Part shown: piece by piece, positions 62,518-64,000 of the stretch | Position numbering within the stretch: position 1 is the first letter of the stretch | Layout: the number at the start of each line of letters is the position of its first letter | NCBI RefSeq assembly: GCF_006345805.1 | Contig: NC_043017.1 | Location: 20,460,001-20,524,000, forward strand | Reading direction: 5' to 3' | Source of the DNA: Octopus sinensis | Taxonomy: Eukaryota | Length of the DNA: 64,000 nucleotides | Made by a program: the position numbers and the translations under genes | Notes under the pieces: model-generated | Database searches by the model: none | Told to the model about the DNA's origin: nothing | The model's input: only the letters and a program-made list of their open reading frames with translations

Positions 62518-63147
62518 ACTCCATGGCTCTGGTTTCAGCAACACATCTTAGTATGCCTTGTGGCAAAACAAGAAATTCTTTGATAATGGTTCCAGGGTTT
62601 GGTAAAAGGTTAGTAATTTTGAGGGAAGTTGTCGGGTGGTGGGAGCAGATCGATTACATTGACCCCAATACATGACTGTTACTTTAATTCATCAACCCCA
62701 AAAAGGTTGAAACGCAAAGTCGGCTTTGGTGGAATTTGAACCCGGATTATAAGGATCTACAAGAAATGCTGCAATGTACTTTATCTTGATGTGTTAAACC
62801 ATGTGTGTCTGTGTATGTCCATGCATGCATATGTGTGAATGTGTTTGTGTGTGTGTACGTGTGTGAGAATATGTGTAGTTGTGCGGCTCCTGTGGGTGTA
62901 TGCGTATGCACCTTTCTGCTTCTTTGAGTGTAACACATAAAACAAGTCTAATTAAACGATTTTGTCATTAAACGATCAGGTCTATTTCTTCACTCTGACA
63001 ACAAAACATTTCATACCCCCGCCCCCGCCGTCCCATTTACCACCACCACCACCACCACCACCGCCACTGTTATGTTCATTCTTAATTGGGGTATGAAAGC
63101 TCATAAAGTTGGCCCACTATCTAAGAGATACTTATGCATGCACACGT

Positions 63148-63185
<38 letters not shown>

Positions 63186-63463
63186 TATATATATGCAGAT
63201 ATATGTATGTGGGCAGAACTGGGAGCTATTAAAGCCCCTCTCCTATTTTTTCCCTTCATAAGTACTATTAGCAAGCTATATATATACATACATACATATA
63301 TATATATATATAAACATTTTTATATATACACAAATATATATATAATACATATATACACACCCACATGCACATACACATATATATAAATACACACTCATAT
63401 ACAGATATATAGATATATATAATATATATATATATATACAAATACACAGATATACATACATAA

Positions 63464-63533
<70 letters not shown>

Positions 63534-63581
63534 CACACAGATATATAATATAATAATACATATACATAGACATACATAACA

Positions 63582-63628
<47 letters not shown>

Positions 63629-63667
63629 ATGCATACATATATATATTCTATACACACACACACATAA

Positions 63668-63706
<39 letters not shown>

Positions 63707-64000
63707 CCATATATATATTTTATATACATATATCTATATATATATATATAATATATCATATGTATGAAATGAAAGCGGAGCTACGCATACAATGTACAGA
63801 AGACAGGATCAACGCACTGTTGTCGGCCGGATGTGGGAGGAGAATGTTATCACCCGATATGAAAGAGAAAAGAAGAGAAATAACCCTGTGTCCATCTCCG
63901 TCTCACTGACCAACTGGGACGAATAGTGGAGAGGGCGGGGAGGGGGGGCGGAGGTGGAAGAGGAGTGCATAATCAATATTCTTTCGTGCACACACATACA

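Noticed and set aside
1-64000. Most ORFs in the six-frame track (poly-YI, HT, VC, T, V, LS, ER peptides)
   Set aside because: They are translations of (TA)n, (CA)n, (GA)n, (GATA)n and triplet repeats or of SINE bodies, with no domain content.

Overview
This is a very AT-rich, microsatellite-saturated animal genomic window with a 100-N scaffold gap at 47646-47745. The repeat families (tRNA-headed SINEs, RTE LINE ends with (GAT)n tails, TTAA-flanked MITEs) look like those of Octopus genomes; that assignment is an inference from recall, not a database match. I find no recognisable host-gene exon, rRNA, true tRNA gene or CRISPR array, so the window is probably intergenic or deep intronic. Nearly all ORFs in the supplied track are read-through of di-, tri- or tetranucleotide repeats or of SINEs. 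Real protein homology is limited to three kinds of transposon relic: a broken hAT transposase (about 17560-18460), RTE-type LINE C-termini (9636-9715, 35282-35392, 37256-37469), and the C-terminus of a Penelope-like GIY-YIG endonuclease (33481-33665). The main discovery is a set of minimal type-I hammerhead ribozyme (HHR) motifs. Two intact-core HHRs lie on opposite strands about 200 bp apart, each associated with its own inverted repeat (37978-38019 minus, 38222-38264 plus). A three-copy family has a shared non-canonical CUGUNGA-A core (9361, 38472, 39926). A decayed HHR follows a GIY-YIG ORF end and a tRNA-like Pol III head (33462-33935). The window also has several long, near-perfect fold-back elements (18618-18861, 23172-23398, 28409-28692, 35649-35783, 48936-49050), a SINE family with two alternative 3' tails (one shared with a LINE-like 3' end), and a roughly 1.1-kb tandem duplication. 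Repeat boundaries without a stated TSD or TIR are approximate (about +/-10-20 bp). Family names A-H are my working labels.
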